39,876 nt of DNA, taken from the NCBI GenBank assembly GCA_050253185.1, contig JBFWJN010000001.1, positions 1 to 39,876 on the forward strand. The letters are read 5' to 3'. Under the pieces are notes generated by a model. It was not told the origin of the DNA, searched no databases, and saw only the letters and a program-made list of their open reading frames with translations. Shown here piece after piece: positions 27,244 to 36,075 of this stretch. This DNA comes from Kiritimatiellales bacterium. GTDB taxonomy: Bacteria; Verrucomicrobiota; Kiritimatiellia; Kiritimatiellales; Tichowtungiaceae. The stretch's first letter is position 1; each line of letters starts with the position of its first letter. A program made the position numbers and the translations under genes.

Positions 27244-27343
27244 TGGAAAGCCACCCTATGCTAAACACCGGGCTTTTTCCAGACTTTGGAAAAATTCAGC
27301 TCTGTTTTTCCAATCCCTGGAAAAATTCTTTCCAGACATTGGA
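27232..27343. repeat. Cluster of four palindromes across the rdgB 3' end and the rluD start
   Basis: Centres 27241, 27284, 27315, 27337 (spacings 43, 31, 22): TTCCAAACATTGGAA, TTCCAGACTTTGGAA, TTCCAATCCCTGGAA, TTCCAGACATTGGAT. Confidence 0.95.
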
Positions 27344-27901
27344 TGCGGCATTGAGGGCGCGGGCGCGGTGCGAGATCCGGTTTTTTACGGCGGCGGGCAG
27401 TTCGGCAAAGGTCTGGTTATAGCCGTCGGGCATGAAGAGCGGGTCGTAGCCGAAGCCCTGGTCGCCGCGCAGTTCTTCGATGATGCGGCCGCGGACGGCC
27501 CCTTCGACGGTTTGCGGCGGTTCGCCCGGAACGGCAAGTGCGATGACGGTGCGGAACTGCGCGCGACGGTTGTCGCTGCCGGCGAGTTCGCGCAGCAGCC
27601 GGGCGTTATTGTCGGCATAGGTGCAGCCCTCGCCGGACCAGCGCGCGGAGTAGACGCCGGGTTCGCCGTTGAGGGCGTCGACCTCGAGGCCGGAGTCGTC
27701 GGCGAGCGCGGGCAGTCCGGTGGCCGCGCAGATTTCGGTCGCTTTTTTGACGGCGTTGGCTTCGAGCGTGTCGCCGTCTTCAACGACATCGGGAATGTCC
27801 GGAAAGTCGATGGCGGAGCAGATTTCCAACCCCTGGAAATCAAAGATGGCGTGGATCTCTTCGAGTTTGTGCGGATTGCGGGTGGCGATGACGAGTTTCA
27901 T
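27296..27901 (-). CDS. rdgB: Non-canonical purine NTP pyrophosphatase (RdgB/HAM1)
   Basis: MKLVIATRNPHKLEE, LADDSGLEVDALNGEPGVYSAR, GFGYDPLF, KNRISHR; true start ATG 27901. Confidence 0.95.
   Translation of the reverse strand: MKLVIATRNPHKLEEIHAIFDFQGLEICSAIDFPDIPDVVEDGDTLEANAVKKATEICAATGLPALADDSGLEVDALNGEPGVYSARWSGEGCTYADNNARLLRELAGSDNRRAQFRTVIALAVPGEPPQTVEGAVRGRIIEELRGDQGFGYDPLFMPDGYNQTFAELPAAVKNRISHRARALNAASNVWKEFFQGLEKQS
27821..27841. repeat. TTCCAR-NSN-YTGGAA palindrome, in rdgB N-terminal region
   Basis: GATTTCCAACCCCTGGAAATC; encodes DFQGLEI. Confidence 0.9.
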
Positions 27902-27961
27902 GGCGCGAAGTCTGCGGATTCCGGTCGGGCGGTGCAAGATTCGGTTCGTGTAAATATGCGC

Positions 27962-27990
27962 TTGCGTATGCCGGGGTCGGAAGCTATCTT
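27962..27990 (+). promoter_or_regulatory. Putative sigma70 promoter of tRNA-Leu
   Basis: TTGCGT-17 nt-TATCTT ending 15 nt before the tRNA. Confidence 0.6.
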
Positions 27991-28005
27991 GTCCGGCCTT
28001 TCCCT

Positions 28006-28092
28006 GCTCGGGTGGCGAAATTGGTAGACGCGCCAGCTTGAGGGGCTGGTGGCAGCAATGCCATCGGGGTTCGAGTCCCCGCCCGAGCACCA
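28006..28092 (+). tRNA. tRNA-Leu (anticodon GAG)
   Basis: GCTCGGG acceptor stem, D-loop GGCGAAATTGGTAGACGC, CCAGC-TTGAGGG-GCTGG anticodon arm, long variable arm, GTTCGAGTC, encoded CCA. Confidence 0.96.
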
Positions 28093-28110
28093 CTTCCGAT
28101 TACGTTCTGA

Positions 28111-29367
28111 TTAATCACGAACTTGGCCGGTGCCGGAAACGGTGAACTTGTAGGTCGTCAGCTCTTCCAGCCCCATCGGTCCGCGCGCGTGCAGTTTGTC
28201 TGTGCTGATGCCGATTTCCGCGCCCATTCCGAATTCGGCGCCGTCGGTGAACCGTGTTGAGGCATTCACATAAACGGAGGCGGAATCCACTTGGGCGAGG
28301 AAGGCTTTCTCGGCTTTTTCATCCTGCGTCACGATGGCATCGGAGTGGTGTGAACCGTACGTGTTGATGTGCTCAATGGCGGCCTGCACGCCTTCGACGA
28401 TCCGGACCGAAAGAATCAGGTCCAGATATTCCGTGCTCCAGTCTTCTTCTGTTGCGGGCCGGATGTCGGCATCGAATTTCTGCACGGCTTCGTCGCCGCG
28501 CAGCTCCACGCCGCGGACCTTAAAGCGCTCGATCATTCCGGGCAGGAATGTGTCGGCAATGTCTTTGTGAACCAGCAGGGTTTCCATCGCATTGCAGACG
28601 CCGGGGCGCTGGCACTTGGCGTTTTCACAGATGGCCATGGCCATGGCGATATCTGCGGTTGCATCGACAAAGGTATGACAGACGCCTTTATAGTGCTTAA
28701 TCACAGGAACCCATGCCATTTCGGAGACCGCTTTGATCAGTCCTTCGCCGCCGCGGGGGATAATCAGATCCACCTTGCCAACCATCTGGGCGAGCTCGCG
28801 CACCGCGTCGCGGTTGGTTGTCTCGACCAGCTGAATTGCATCGGCGGGCATTCCCTTTTTCGCACCGCCTTCGCGCATGGCTTTGGCGATTGCTGCGTTG
28901 GAGTGAACGGCCTCCTTGCCGCCGCGCAGAATCACAGCGTTGGCTGTCTTGAAACAGAGCGAGGCCGCATCGGCTGTAACGTTGGGGCGCGATTCATAGA
29001 TGATCGCAATCACGCCGATCGGTACGCGCACCTTGCTGATCTGCAGGCCGTTCGGCCGGTTCCAGTGGCTGATCTGGGTGCCGACAGGATCTTTGAGAAC
29101 AGCCACATCGAGCAGTCCCTTGATCATTCCCTCAATCCGCGCATCCGTCAGTTCAAGGCGGTCGAGCATTGCCTCGGCCAGTCCCGCCTCGCGGCCGGCC
29201 GCGAGGTCGCGCGCATTGGCCGACTGGATGATTTCTTTCTGTGCGGCGATCTCATCGGCCATCGCCTCGAGAATGGCGTTCTTTTTACGGCTGGACAGCT
29301 GCGCCAGTTCGCGAGAGGCCGCGACGGCTTTTTCGCCCATTAAAATCATTTCTTCGTGAAGCGTCAT
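28111..29367 (-). CDS. proA: Gamma-glutamyl phosphate reductase
   Basis: VPIGVIAIIYESRPNVT, LRGGKEA, IIPRGG, CNAMETLL, NASTRFTDG, EIGISTDKLHARGPMGL; start placed at ATG 29367. Confidence 0.96.
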   Translation of the reverse strand: MTLHEEMILMGEKAVAASRELAQLSSRKKNAILEAMADEIAAQKEIIQSANARDLAAGREAGLAEAMLDRLELTDARIEGMIKGLLDVAVLKDPVGTQISHWNRPNGLQISKVRVPIGVIAIIYESRPNVTADAASLCFKTANAVILRGGKEAVHSNAAIAKAMREGGAKKGMPADAIQLVETTNRDAVRELAQMVGKVDLIIPRGGEGLIKAVSEMAWVPVIKHYKGVCHTFVDATADIAMAMAICENAKCQRPGVCNAMETLLVHKDIADTFLPGMIERFKVRGVELRGDEAVQKFDADIRPATEEDWSTEYLDLILSVRIVEGVQAAIEHINTYGSHHSDAIVTQDEKAEKAFLAQVDSASVYVNASTRFTDGAEFGMGAEIGISTDKLHARGPMGLEELTTYKFTVSGTGQVRD

Positions 29368-29383
29368 AGCGTCTTCCTTTCTG

Positions 29384-30163
29384 TCAGCGATTGACAATCA
29401 GAGTTCCGGCATCTGCGCCGGAGAGGATGGCCTGAATGATGCCTTCGGTCTGGCCATCGGCAATCACGACCGGAATATCCGCCGCGGCGGCTTTGCCCGC
29501 CGACATCAGCTTCGATTTCATTCCGCCCGTCGAAAGCTCTCCGTTCTTTCCTTTATCAAGTGCCAGAATATCATCAGAGACCCGTTCCACAAAAGGAATG
29601 CGGACTCCGTTCCGGTCGTGAAGCCCATTGGTGGTGGTCAGCAGAATCAGCGCGTCAGCCTGAATCAGGGTGGCGACCCTGGACGCGAGAATATCGTTGT
29701 CGCCGAATGTGATTTCATCCGTCGAGACCGCATCGTTTTCATTAATAACAGGAACAATGCGGTGCGTAATCAGGTTTTCCAGTGTATTTTTGGCGTTCGT
29801 GCTGCCGTCTGTGACGCGGAAAATCGCGTCCGTCAGCAGAACCTGGCCGACCATGATCTGCCGCTGCCCGAACAGCTGGCTGTACAGGTTCATCAGGCGG
29901 GTCTGTCCGACGGCCGCGGCCATCTGCAGGTCAGGCAGCGCCTCGGGCCGCTTTTTCATGCCGAGTGCTTCAATGCCTGCGGCAATTGCGCCGGATGAAA
30001 CAAGCAGCATTTCCCGACCTTCCGCACAGCCGTCGGCAAGACCGGTCACCAGTGCGCCGATTCGTTGATGATCCGGCCGTCCGGTGGCATCGACCAGCAC
30101 GCGGCTGCCGACTTTCACCACGATCCGCTTCGCCTTTGCAATTCTGTTCCGTGTTTCTTTCAT
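29384..30163 (-). CDS. proB: Glutamate 5-kinase, short form without PUA domain
   Basis: RIVVKVGS, VSSGAI, AAVGQ, INENDAV, FGDND, TGGMKSK; ends at the kinase domain (259 aa). Confidence 0.93.
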   Translation of the reverse strand: MKETRNRIAKAKRIVVKVGSRVLVDATGRPDHQRIGALVTGLADGCAEGREMLLVSSGAIAAGIEALGMKKRPEALPDLQMAAAVGQTRLMNLYSQLFGQRQIMVGQVLLTDAIFRVTDGSTNAKNTLENLITHRIVPVINENDAVSTDEITFGDNDILASRVATLIQADALILLTTTNGLHDRNGVRIPFVERVSDDILALDKGKNGELSTGGMKSKLMSAGKAAAADIPVVIADGQTEGIIQAILSGADAGTLIVNR

Positions 30164-30256
30164 AGGGAAACGCGCATTATTGCCACGCTCCCGCGGAAAA
30201 AACACCAAAAAATTCGGTTAGTCGCGGACAGGCCGAAACGCTAGCATAGTGCTCCT

Positions 30257-30796
30257 ATGCGAATTACCAGCGGAATGTTAAGAGGCCGGACCCTTCGGGT
30301 TCCGAAAGACGGGATGCGCCCGACCAAGGAAAAAGTGCGCGAAGCGGTCTTTTCGTCGCTGGCCGCGCGCGTTTCCGGGGCGCGAGTGCTCGACCTGTTC
30401 GCCGGGGCGGGCGGCTACAGCCTCGAGGCGTGGAGCCGCGGCGCGAGCGCCGTGACCGCGGTCGAGAAAGTTTCCAATCATTGGAAAATCCTGCAGGAAA
30501 ATTTCCAAACCCTGGAAAACGAAAGCCTTGGGGCATGGCGGGCGCTTCAGGCGGATGTTTACGATTTTTTGAAACGGGCTGAGGGGGCGTTTGACCTGAT
30601 CTTTGCCGATCCGCCGTATGACCGGGCCGACCTGCCGAAGCTGCTCGATGCGCTCGGCCCGGCGCTCGGCCCGAACGGACTGTTGGTGTTTGAAATGCGG
30701 TCGTCCGATGCCTATAGTGTTTCCAATGGCTGGAACCTTATTAAGGAGAAGATCTACGGCGAAACGCGGATTCTTTTTCTGGAGCGGACGGAATGA
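30257..30796 (+). CDS. rsmD: 16S rRNA m2G966 methyltransferase
   Basis: MRITSG, RPT, VREAVFS, VLDLFAGAG, IFADPPY, YGET; upstream of coaD. Confidence 0.92.
   Translation: MRITSGMLRGRTLRVPKDGMRPTKEKVREAVFSSLAARVSGARVLDLFAGAGGYSLEAWSRGASAVTAVEKVSNHWKILQENFQTLENESLGAWRALQADVYDFLKRAEGAFDLIFADPPYDRADLPKLLDALGPALGPNGLLVFEMRSSDAYSVSNGWNLIKEKIYGETRILFLERTE
30471..30518. repeat. Two palindromes inside rsmD, centres 31 bp apart
   Basis: TTTCCAATCATTGGAAA and TTTCCAAACCCTGGAAA; encode VSNHWK and NFQTLEN. Confidence 0.93.
30721..30735. repeat. Third palindrome in rsmD
   Basis: TTCCAATGGCTGGAA; encodes SNGWN. Confidence 0.85.
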
Positions 30797-31278
30797 ATAA
30801 AAAAGCGATTTATGCCGGAACCTTTGACCCGATGACGCTGGGGCATCTCGATGTGGTTCAGCGCGCGGCGAAGATTTTTCCGGAATTGATTGTGGCCGTG
30901 GCGGCTGTCACCGGCAAGAACACCCTGTTTTCACAGGGGGAGCGGGTTGCCCTGGTGAAACAGTGTGCTGTTTCGCTGCCGAATGTGACTGTCCAGTCGT
31001 TTGACGGACTGCTGGTGGAATATGCCCGTGCACAGAATGTTCGCGTAATGATTCGCGGACTGCGGGCCTTTTCCGACTTCGAATATGAGTTCCAGATGGC
31101 GCTGACGAACCGGCGGCTGGCGCCGGATATTGAGACGCTTTTTCTGATGCCGAAGCAGGATTACAGTTATATCAGCTCAACCAACGTCAAGCAGGTCGCC
31201 TCGCTCGGCGGCGATGTAACCGATTTTGTGCCGTCGGCTGTTGCCGAGGCTCTCAGCAGGAAACTGATTACCCAATAA
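30793..31278 (+). CDS. coaD: Phosphopantetheine adenylyltransferase
   Basis: AIYAGTFDPMTLGHLD, IRGLRAFSDFEYE, ISST. Confidence 0.97.
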   Translation: MNKKAIYAGTFDPMTLGHLDVVQRAAKIFPELIVAVAAVTGKNTLFSQGERVALVKQCAVSLPNVTVQSFDGLLVEYARAQNVRVMIRGLRAFSDFEYEFQMALTNRRLAPDIETLFLMPKQDYSYISSTNVKQVASLGGDVTDFVPSAVAEALSRKLITQ

Positions 31279-31290
31279 CCGGTCAGTCTT

Positions 31291-31752
31291 ATGATTATTA
31301 ATGTTGCCAGAATTCCCGAGTCCGGCCTGAAGATCTGCGAGGAGGAGCCGGGTGAAATCCTCGAACTGGGCGAGGGCGACGAGTTCCACCCGGCCGGTCC
31401 GGTTCAGTGCAGTTTCTACGTGCAGGTGGTCGACGGCATGCTGATTGTGCGCGGAACAGTGGCCGCGCCGCTGGAGGCGCACTGCGCAAGATGCACGCAA
31501 ATTTTCTCGACAACGGTCACCGATTCCGGTTTTCTGCGCGACTACCCCGGAATCCGGGGCACGGAGGAAGTGGATATTACAGAGGATATCCGGGAGGCGA
31601 TTCTCCTGAATCTGCCGCACTTTCCCCTTTGCAGTGAAAGCTGCCGGGGACTGTGCCTAAGCTGTGGAAAGGACCTGAATGACGGGCCCTGCGGCTGTTC
31701 CGGCGGAGAGGAAGAGAGCACCTGGAGTGCACTGGATAATTTGAAATTATAG
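31291..31752 (+). CDS. yceD: YceD/DUF177-family protein
   Basis: CARC, LCSESCRGLCLSCGKDLN, WSALDNL; canonical position before rpmF. Confidence 0.9.
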   Translation: MIINVARIPESGLKICEEEPGEILELGEGDEFHPAGPVQCSFYVQVVDGMLIVRGTVAAPLEAHCARCTQIFSTTVTDSGFLRDYPGIRGTEEVDITEDIREAILLNLPHFPLCSESCRGLCLSCGKDLNDGPCGCSGGEEESTWSALDNLKL

Positions 31753-31816
31753 TGGAAAACAGAGACGGCGCGAGGTAGCATGCCCCGCTTTGTCTTAAGT
31801 TGACCGGGAGAAGAAA

Positions 31817-32002
31817 ATGGCTGTTCCAAAGAGAAAATCATCGAAAAGCAGAACCAGTCGCCGCAAGGTGCAGAATATGAAGCGCAAAATTGCTGTGGCC
31901 GGTTTTGATGCCGAAAGCGGCGCTCCGTCGCTGCCGCATCGCGTGTGTCCGACGACTGGTAAATACAGAGGCCGTCAGGTGGTTACCGTTTCGGACGAGT
32001 AA
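31817..32002 (+). CDS. rpmF: 50S ribosomal protein L32
   Basis: MAVPKRKSSKSR, PHRVC, GKYRGRQV. Confidence 0.96.
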   Translation: MAVPKRKSSKSRTSRRKVQNMKRKIAVAGFDAESGAPSLPHRVCPTTGKYRGRQVVTVSDE

Positions 32003-32007
32003 GCCTT

Positions 32008-33024
32008 ATGCGTATCGCTATTGATGCCATGGGCGGTGATTTCGCCCCCCGTGAGATCGTGAAAGGGGCCGTGGAAGCGGCCCGCGGTCTTTCCGGGATC
32101 GAAAAGCTTTTTCTGGTAGGCGACGAGACCGCTGTTACGGCGGAGCTTGCGCTTTACGGGGAAACGCCGGCCTGCATTGAAATCCGTCACGCGTCTCAGG
32201 TGGTGGAAATGGGAGAATCGCCCGCTCTGGCTCTGCGCCGTAAAAAGGACTCGTCCATCATGCGCGCCGTGGAGATGGTGAAAAATGGCGAAGCGGGAGC
32301 CATTTTTTCCGCCGGCAGCACCGGTGCCGCCGTTGCGGCCAGTACCCTGCGTCTGCGCACCCTCGATTCCGTTGACCGCCCGGCAATCGCCACGGTTATG
32401 CCGTCACTTCGGCACCCCTTTGTTCTTCTCGACGCGGGCGCAACCACGGACTGCACCGCTGAAATGCTGGTCGAATTTGCAGTCATGGGCGATATCTACG
32501 CAAAAAAAATTCTCGGCATCACCAATCCGACCGTTGGCCTGGTGAGCATTGGCGAAGAAGACGCCAAAGGGAATAAAAACACCAAGGAAGCATTCCAGCT
32601 TCTGGACAAGTCACCCCTGAATTTTATCGGCAATGTTGAAAGCCACGATCTGTTTGAAGGCAAGGTGGATGTGGCCGTCTGCGACGGATTCGTTGGAAAC
32701 GTTGTGCTGAAAACTGGCGAAAGCGTTTCGCACGCCATGGGCCAGTGGCTCAAGGAATCATTTTCACGTTCACCGATCCGCAAACTCGGTGCGGCGATCC
32801 TTAAAGTTTCCGGTGCATTTAAGGAGATTAAGGAAAAAGTTGACCCCGAGGCCTACGGCGGAGCTCCGCTTCTCGGCGTTAAAGGGGTCTGTATCATCGG
32901 GCACGGTTCTTCCTCATCCTACGCAGTCTATAACGCGATCCGCGTGGCAGGCGCCGCGATTGAGCAGAGGCTGAACCAGCTCATCGAAGAAGAGATCACC
33001 CAGATTTTCAAGCACAGTGAGTAG
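32008..33024 (+). CDS. plsX: Phosphate acyltransferase
   Basis: IAIDAMGGDFAP, RRKKDSS, SAGSTGA, DRPAIA, CDGFVGNVVLK, GGAPLLG, HGSS. Confidence 0.97.
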   Translation: MRIAIDAMGGDFAPREIVKGAVEAARGLSGIEKLFLVGDETAVTAELALYGETPACIEIRHASQVVEMGESPALALRRKKDSSIMRAVEMVKNGEAGAIFSAGSTGAAVAASTLRLRTLDSVDRPAIATVMPSLRHPFVLLDAGATTDCTAEMLVEFAVMGDIYAKKILGITNPTVGLVSIGEEDAKGNKNTKEAFQLLDKSPLNFIGNVESHDLFEGKVDVAVCDGFVGNVVLKTGESVSHAMGQWLKESFSRSPIRKLGAAILKVSGAFKEIKEKVDPEAYGGAPLLGVKGVCIIGHGSSSSYAVYNAIRVAGAAIEQRLNQLIEEEITQIFKHSE

Positions 33025-34021
33025 TCAATCCAACAGCCTGCGTACGGTCTCCATTATTGGAACCGGCGTCTATCTGCCGGAAAAAACGGTGACCAACCAC
33101 GATCTCGAAAAGATCGTGGAAACCAGCGATGAGTGGATCTACAGCCGTACCGGCATGCGCGAGCGGCGTATTGCCCGTGACGACCAAGCCACCTCCGACC
33201 TCGCTTCCGAAGCCGCGAAAGCCGCCCTGGCCGACGCCGGCGTCGGCGCCGAAGAAATCGACCTGCTGATTGTCGCCACGCTGTCCCCCGATATGCCGTT
33301 TCCCAGCACCGCCTGCTTTGTGCAGGAAAAACTCGGTGCGAAAAACGCCTACTGCTATGATCTCGGCGCAGCCTGTTCCGGATCACTCTACGCACTCGAA
33401 ACCGCTAAAAACCAGATTGCCTGCGGCGCGGTAAACACCGCACTGATTATCGGCGCCGAAAAAATGTCCACCGTGCTGGACTGGACCGACCGTAACACCT
33501 GTGTACTGTTCGGCGACGGTGCCGGAGCGATGGTCCTGCGCGCAACCGGCGCGGCGCGCGGCGTTATGAAAGGTGAGTTCGGTTCTGACGGCTCGCTGGC
33601 TTCGCTTCTCTGGACGCCCGGCGGCGGTTCGCGCAATCCCGTTTCGCATGAGATGATCGACCAGAAACTGCACTATCTCAAAATGAACGGCCGCGAGGTT
33701 TACAAACACGCCGTAACCCAGATGACCCGGTCCGTTCAGGAAGCCCTCGATAAAAACGGCCTCTGTTCGGACGACATTAAATGCTTTGTGGCCCATCAGG
33801 CCAACGCCCGGATCGTTGAAGCCATCGGCAAACGGCTGAAGGTGGAAGACCGGATGTTCCTGAATGTGGAAAAATACGCGAACACCTCGGCCGCCGCACT
33901 GCCGATTGCGGTGGATGAAGTCGTCAAATCCGGCCGGATTGTGAAAGGCGACCTGATGCTGCTGGTCGCCTTCGGCGGCGGATTCACCTGGGGTGCCAAT
34001 ATTGTGGAGTGGAATAAATGA
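33017..34021 (+). CDS. fabH: 3-oxoacyl-ACP synthase III
   Basis: ETSDEWI, AACSG, LFGDGAGA, AHQAN, NTSAA, FGGGFTWG. Confidence 0.97.
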   Translation: MSSQSNSLRTVSIIGTGVYLPEKTVTNHDLEKIVETSDEWIYSRTGMRERRIARDDQATSDLASEAAKAALADAGVGAEEIDLLIVATLSPDMPFPSTACFVQEKLGAKNAYCYDLGAACSGSLYALETAKNQIACGAVNTALIIGAEKMSTVLDWTDRNTCVLFGDGAGAMVLRATGAARGVMKGEFGSDGSLASLLWTPGGGSRNPVSHEMIDQKLHYLKMNGREVYKHAVTQMTRSVQEALDKNGLCSDDIKCFVAHQANARIVEAIGKRLKVEDRMFLNVEKYANTSAAALPIAVDEVVKSGRIVKGDLMLLVAFGGGFTWGANIVEWNK

Positions 34022-34923
34022 AGCGAGCCATCCTTTTTCCCGGACAGGGATCACAATTCGTCGGCATGGGCCGCGACTTCTGCGACGCCATGCCCGAATG
34101 CAAGGCGCTGTTCGATAAAGCCAACGAAGTGCTCGGCTACGACATCGCCGCCATCTGTTTCGACGGTCCGGAAGACGAACTGAAAAAATCGCACAACACC
34201 CAGCCCGCGATTTTCACCGTCAGCGCCGCCGCATTCGAAGCGCTTAAGCTTAAAAAACCGGAACTGACCTTTGATTACGCCGCCGGGCACAGCCTCGGCG
34301 AATGGGGCGCGCTTTATGCCGCCGGCGTCATTTCCTTCGAAGACACCCTGCGCGTTCTCAAAGCCCGCGGCGAATTCATACAGGCCGCCTGCGAAGCCAA
34401 GCCGGGTGGCATGCTCGCCGTCATCGGACTCGACGGGGAACCGCTTGAAAAAATCGCCGCCGAAACGGGCGTGACGCTCGCCAACATTAATTCGCCCGGC
34501 CAGACTGTTCTTTCGGGAACTGCGGACGGCATTGCCAGGGCCGGAACGCTCTGCAAGGAAGCGGGCGCCAAGCGGGCCCTTCCGCTGCCGGTTGCCGGAG
34601 CATTCCATTCGCCGCTGATGCGGCCTGCCGCGGATAAAATGCAGGAATTCCTGAAGGATATTCCGCTGGCCGAGCCGCGCATTCCGGTGCTCTCCAACGT
34701 CACCGGCCGGCCACACGAAGACCTCGACTCGCTTCGCGCGAATATGGTTGCCCAGATCATTGGGTCTGTCCGCTGGGTCGAATGCATGCAGTGGATTGCT
34801 GCGCAGGGAGTTGCGGAAGTTGTCGAGTGCGGCCCCGGCAAGGTCCTGGCGGGCCTGATGAAGCGTATTGACAAGACGGTCTCGGTCTCTAACATAGGCG
34901 CCGTTTCCGATCTGGACGCGTGA
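34018..34923 (+). CDS. fabD: Malonyl-CoA:ACP transacylase
   Basis: [31 protein letters not shown]. Confidence 0.97.
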   Translation: MKRAILFPGQGSQFVGMGRDFCDAMPECKALFDKANEVLGYDIAAICFDGPEDELKKSHNTQPAIFTVSAAAFEALKLKKPELTFDYAAGHSLGEWGALYAAGVISFEDTLRVLKARGEFIQAACEAKPGGMLAVIGLDGEPLEKIAAETGVTLANINSPGQTVLSGTADGIARAGTLCKEAGAKRALPLPVAGAFHSPLMRPAADKMQEFLKDIPLAEPRIPVLSNVTGRPHEDLDSLRANMVAQIIGSVRWVECMQWIAAQGVAEVVECGPGKVLAGLMKRIDKTVSVSNIGAVSDLDA

Positions 34924-34961
34924 AACACAGGAAAACCGAAAACATACTGAAGGGAATTTTC

Positions 34962-35705
34962 ATGGGACAGTTTGAGGGGAAAATTGCGTTGGTAACCGGT
35001 GCCGCCCGGGGTCTGGGACAGGCGATCGCTCTGAAACTGGCAGCCGGTGGAGCAGATCTGGTGCTGTGCGATCTCAAAGCCGAATGGCTTGAAGAGACCG
35101 CCGGTAAAGTCAAGGAACTCGGCCGTCGCGCGGGATGTTACGGAGTGAACGTCAGCGATGTCGCCGGTGTGGACACGGCCGTAAAGCAGATCGAAAAGGA
35201 TTTCGGAAAAATTGACATTCTCGTCAACAATGCGGGCATCACCAAGGATGGCCTGCTGATGCGCATGAGCGAAGAAGACTGGGACGCTGTTATGGACGTC
35301 AACCTGAAGGGCGTTTTCCTCGTCACGAAAGCCGTGATCCGCGGCATGATGAAGCAGCGTTCCGGCAGCATCGTCAACATCGCATCCGTCGTCGGCATCA
35401 TTGGGAATCCGGGACAGGCCAACTATTCCGCGTCCAAGGGCGCCGTCATTGCCTTCACCAAAACCGTCGCCCGCGAACTGTCCAGCCGCAACATCCGCTG
35501 CAATGCAGTCGCTCCGGGATTCATTCATACCAAAATGACGGATGCGCTGCCGGAAGACGTTCGGCAGAAAATGCTTTCCAATATCCCGATGGGCCGTTTC
35601 GGAGAGCCCGAAGACGTCGCCAACGTGGTCGCTTTTCTGGCCGGGGATGCCTCAGGTTATGTCACCGGGCAGGTGATTTCGACTTGCGGCGGAATGGTTA
35701 TGTAG
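34962..35705 (+). CDS. fabG: 3-oxoacyl-ACP reductase
   Basis: [30 protein letters not shown]; start placed at ATG 34962. Confidence 0.96.
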   Translation: MGQFEGKIALVTGAARGLGQAIALKLAAGGADLVLCDLKAEWLEETAGKVKELGRRAGCYGVNVSDVAGVDTAVKQIEKDFGKIDILVNNAGITKDGLLMRMSEEDWDAVMDVNLKGVFLVTKAVIRGMMKQRSGSIVNIASVVGIIGNPGQANYSASKGAVIAFTKTVARELSSRNIRCNAVAPGFIHTKMTDALPEDVRQKMLSNIPMGRFGEPEDVANVVAFLAGDASGYVTGQVISTCGGMVM

Positions 35706-35749
35706 GTTAAACAGACTCTTAACAGGAGCCGAAACAAGGAGAAAATACA

Positions 35750-35989
35750 ATGGCACTTGAAGATAAAGTAAAAGATATCATCGTCGAGCAGCTTGGCGTA
35801 AACGCCGATCAGGTCACTCCCGCAGCTTCGTTCATCGAAGATCTCGGCGCTGACTCGCTGGACACCGTCGAACTGGTTATGGCTTTCGAAGAAGAATTCG
35901 GTGCGGAAATCCCGGACGAAGATGCTGAAAAGCTCACGTCTGTCGGCGCAGTCATCGACTATCTGAAATCAAAAGGTCTTGGTGAGTAA
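35750..35989 (+). CDS. acpP: Acyl carrier protein
   Basis: [20 protein letters not shown]; AAGGAG Shine-Dalgarno. Confidence 0.98.
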   Translation: MALEDKVKDIIVEQLGVNADQVTPAASFIEDLGADSLDTVELVMAFEEEFGAEIPDEDAEKLTSVGAVIDYLKSKGLGE

Positions 35990-36004
35990 AGACCGCTTGT
36001 GATA

Positions 36005-36046
36005 AAAAAACCGGGATTCCTGCAATCAGCGGATTCCCGGTTTTTT
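36005..36046 (+). terminator. Intrinsic terminator-like hairpin after acpP
   Basis: AAAAAACCGGGATTCC-N10-GGATTCCCGGTTTTTT (one mismatch) ending in a T run. Confidence 0.8.
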
Positions 36047-36075
36047 CTATTCAGCTCTTCCGGAGGAGAACAGTT

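Noticed and set aside
27232-27343. Repeat cluster as a CRISPR array
   Set aside because: Units are only 15-21 bp with variable centres, gaps are a few to ~25 bp and unequal, copies overlap housekeeping CDSs, and there are no cas genes or leader.
27902-28093. N-terminal extension of rdgB in the ORF track
   Set aside because: Antisense to tRNA-Leu and its promoter; RdgB family sequence begins at MKLVIAT (27901).
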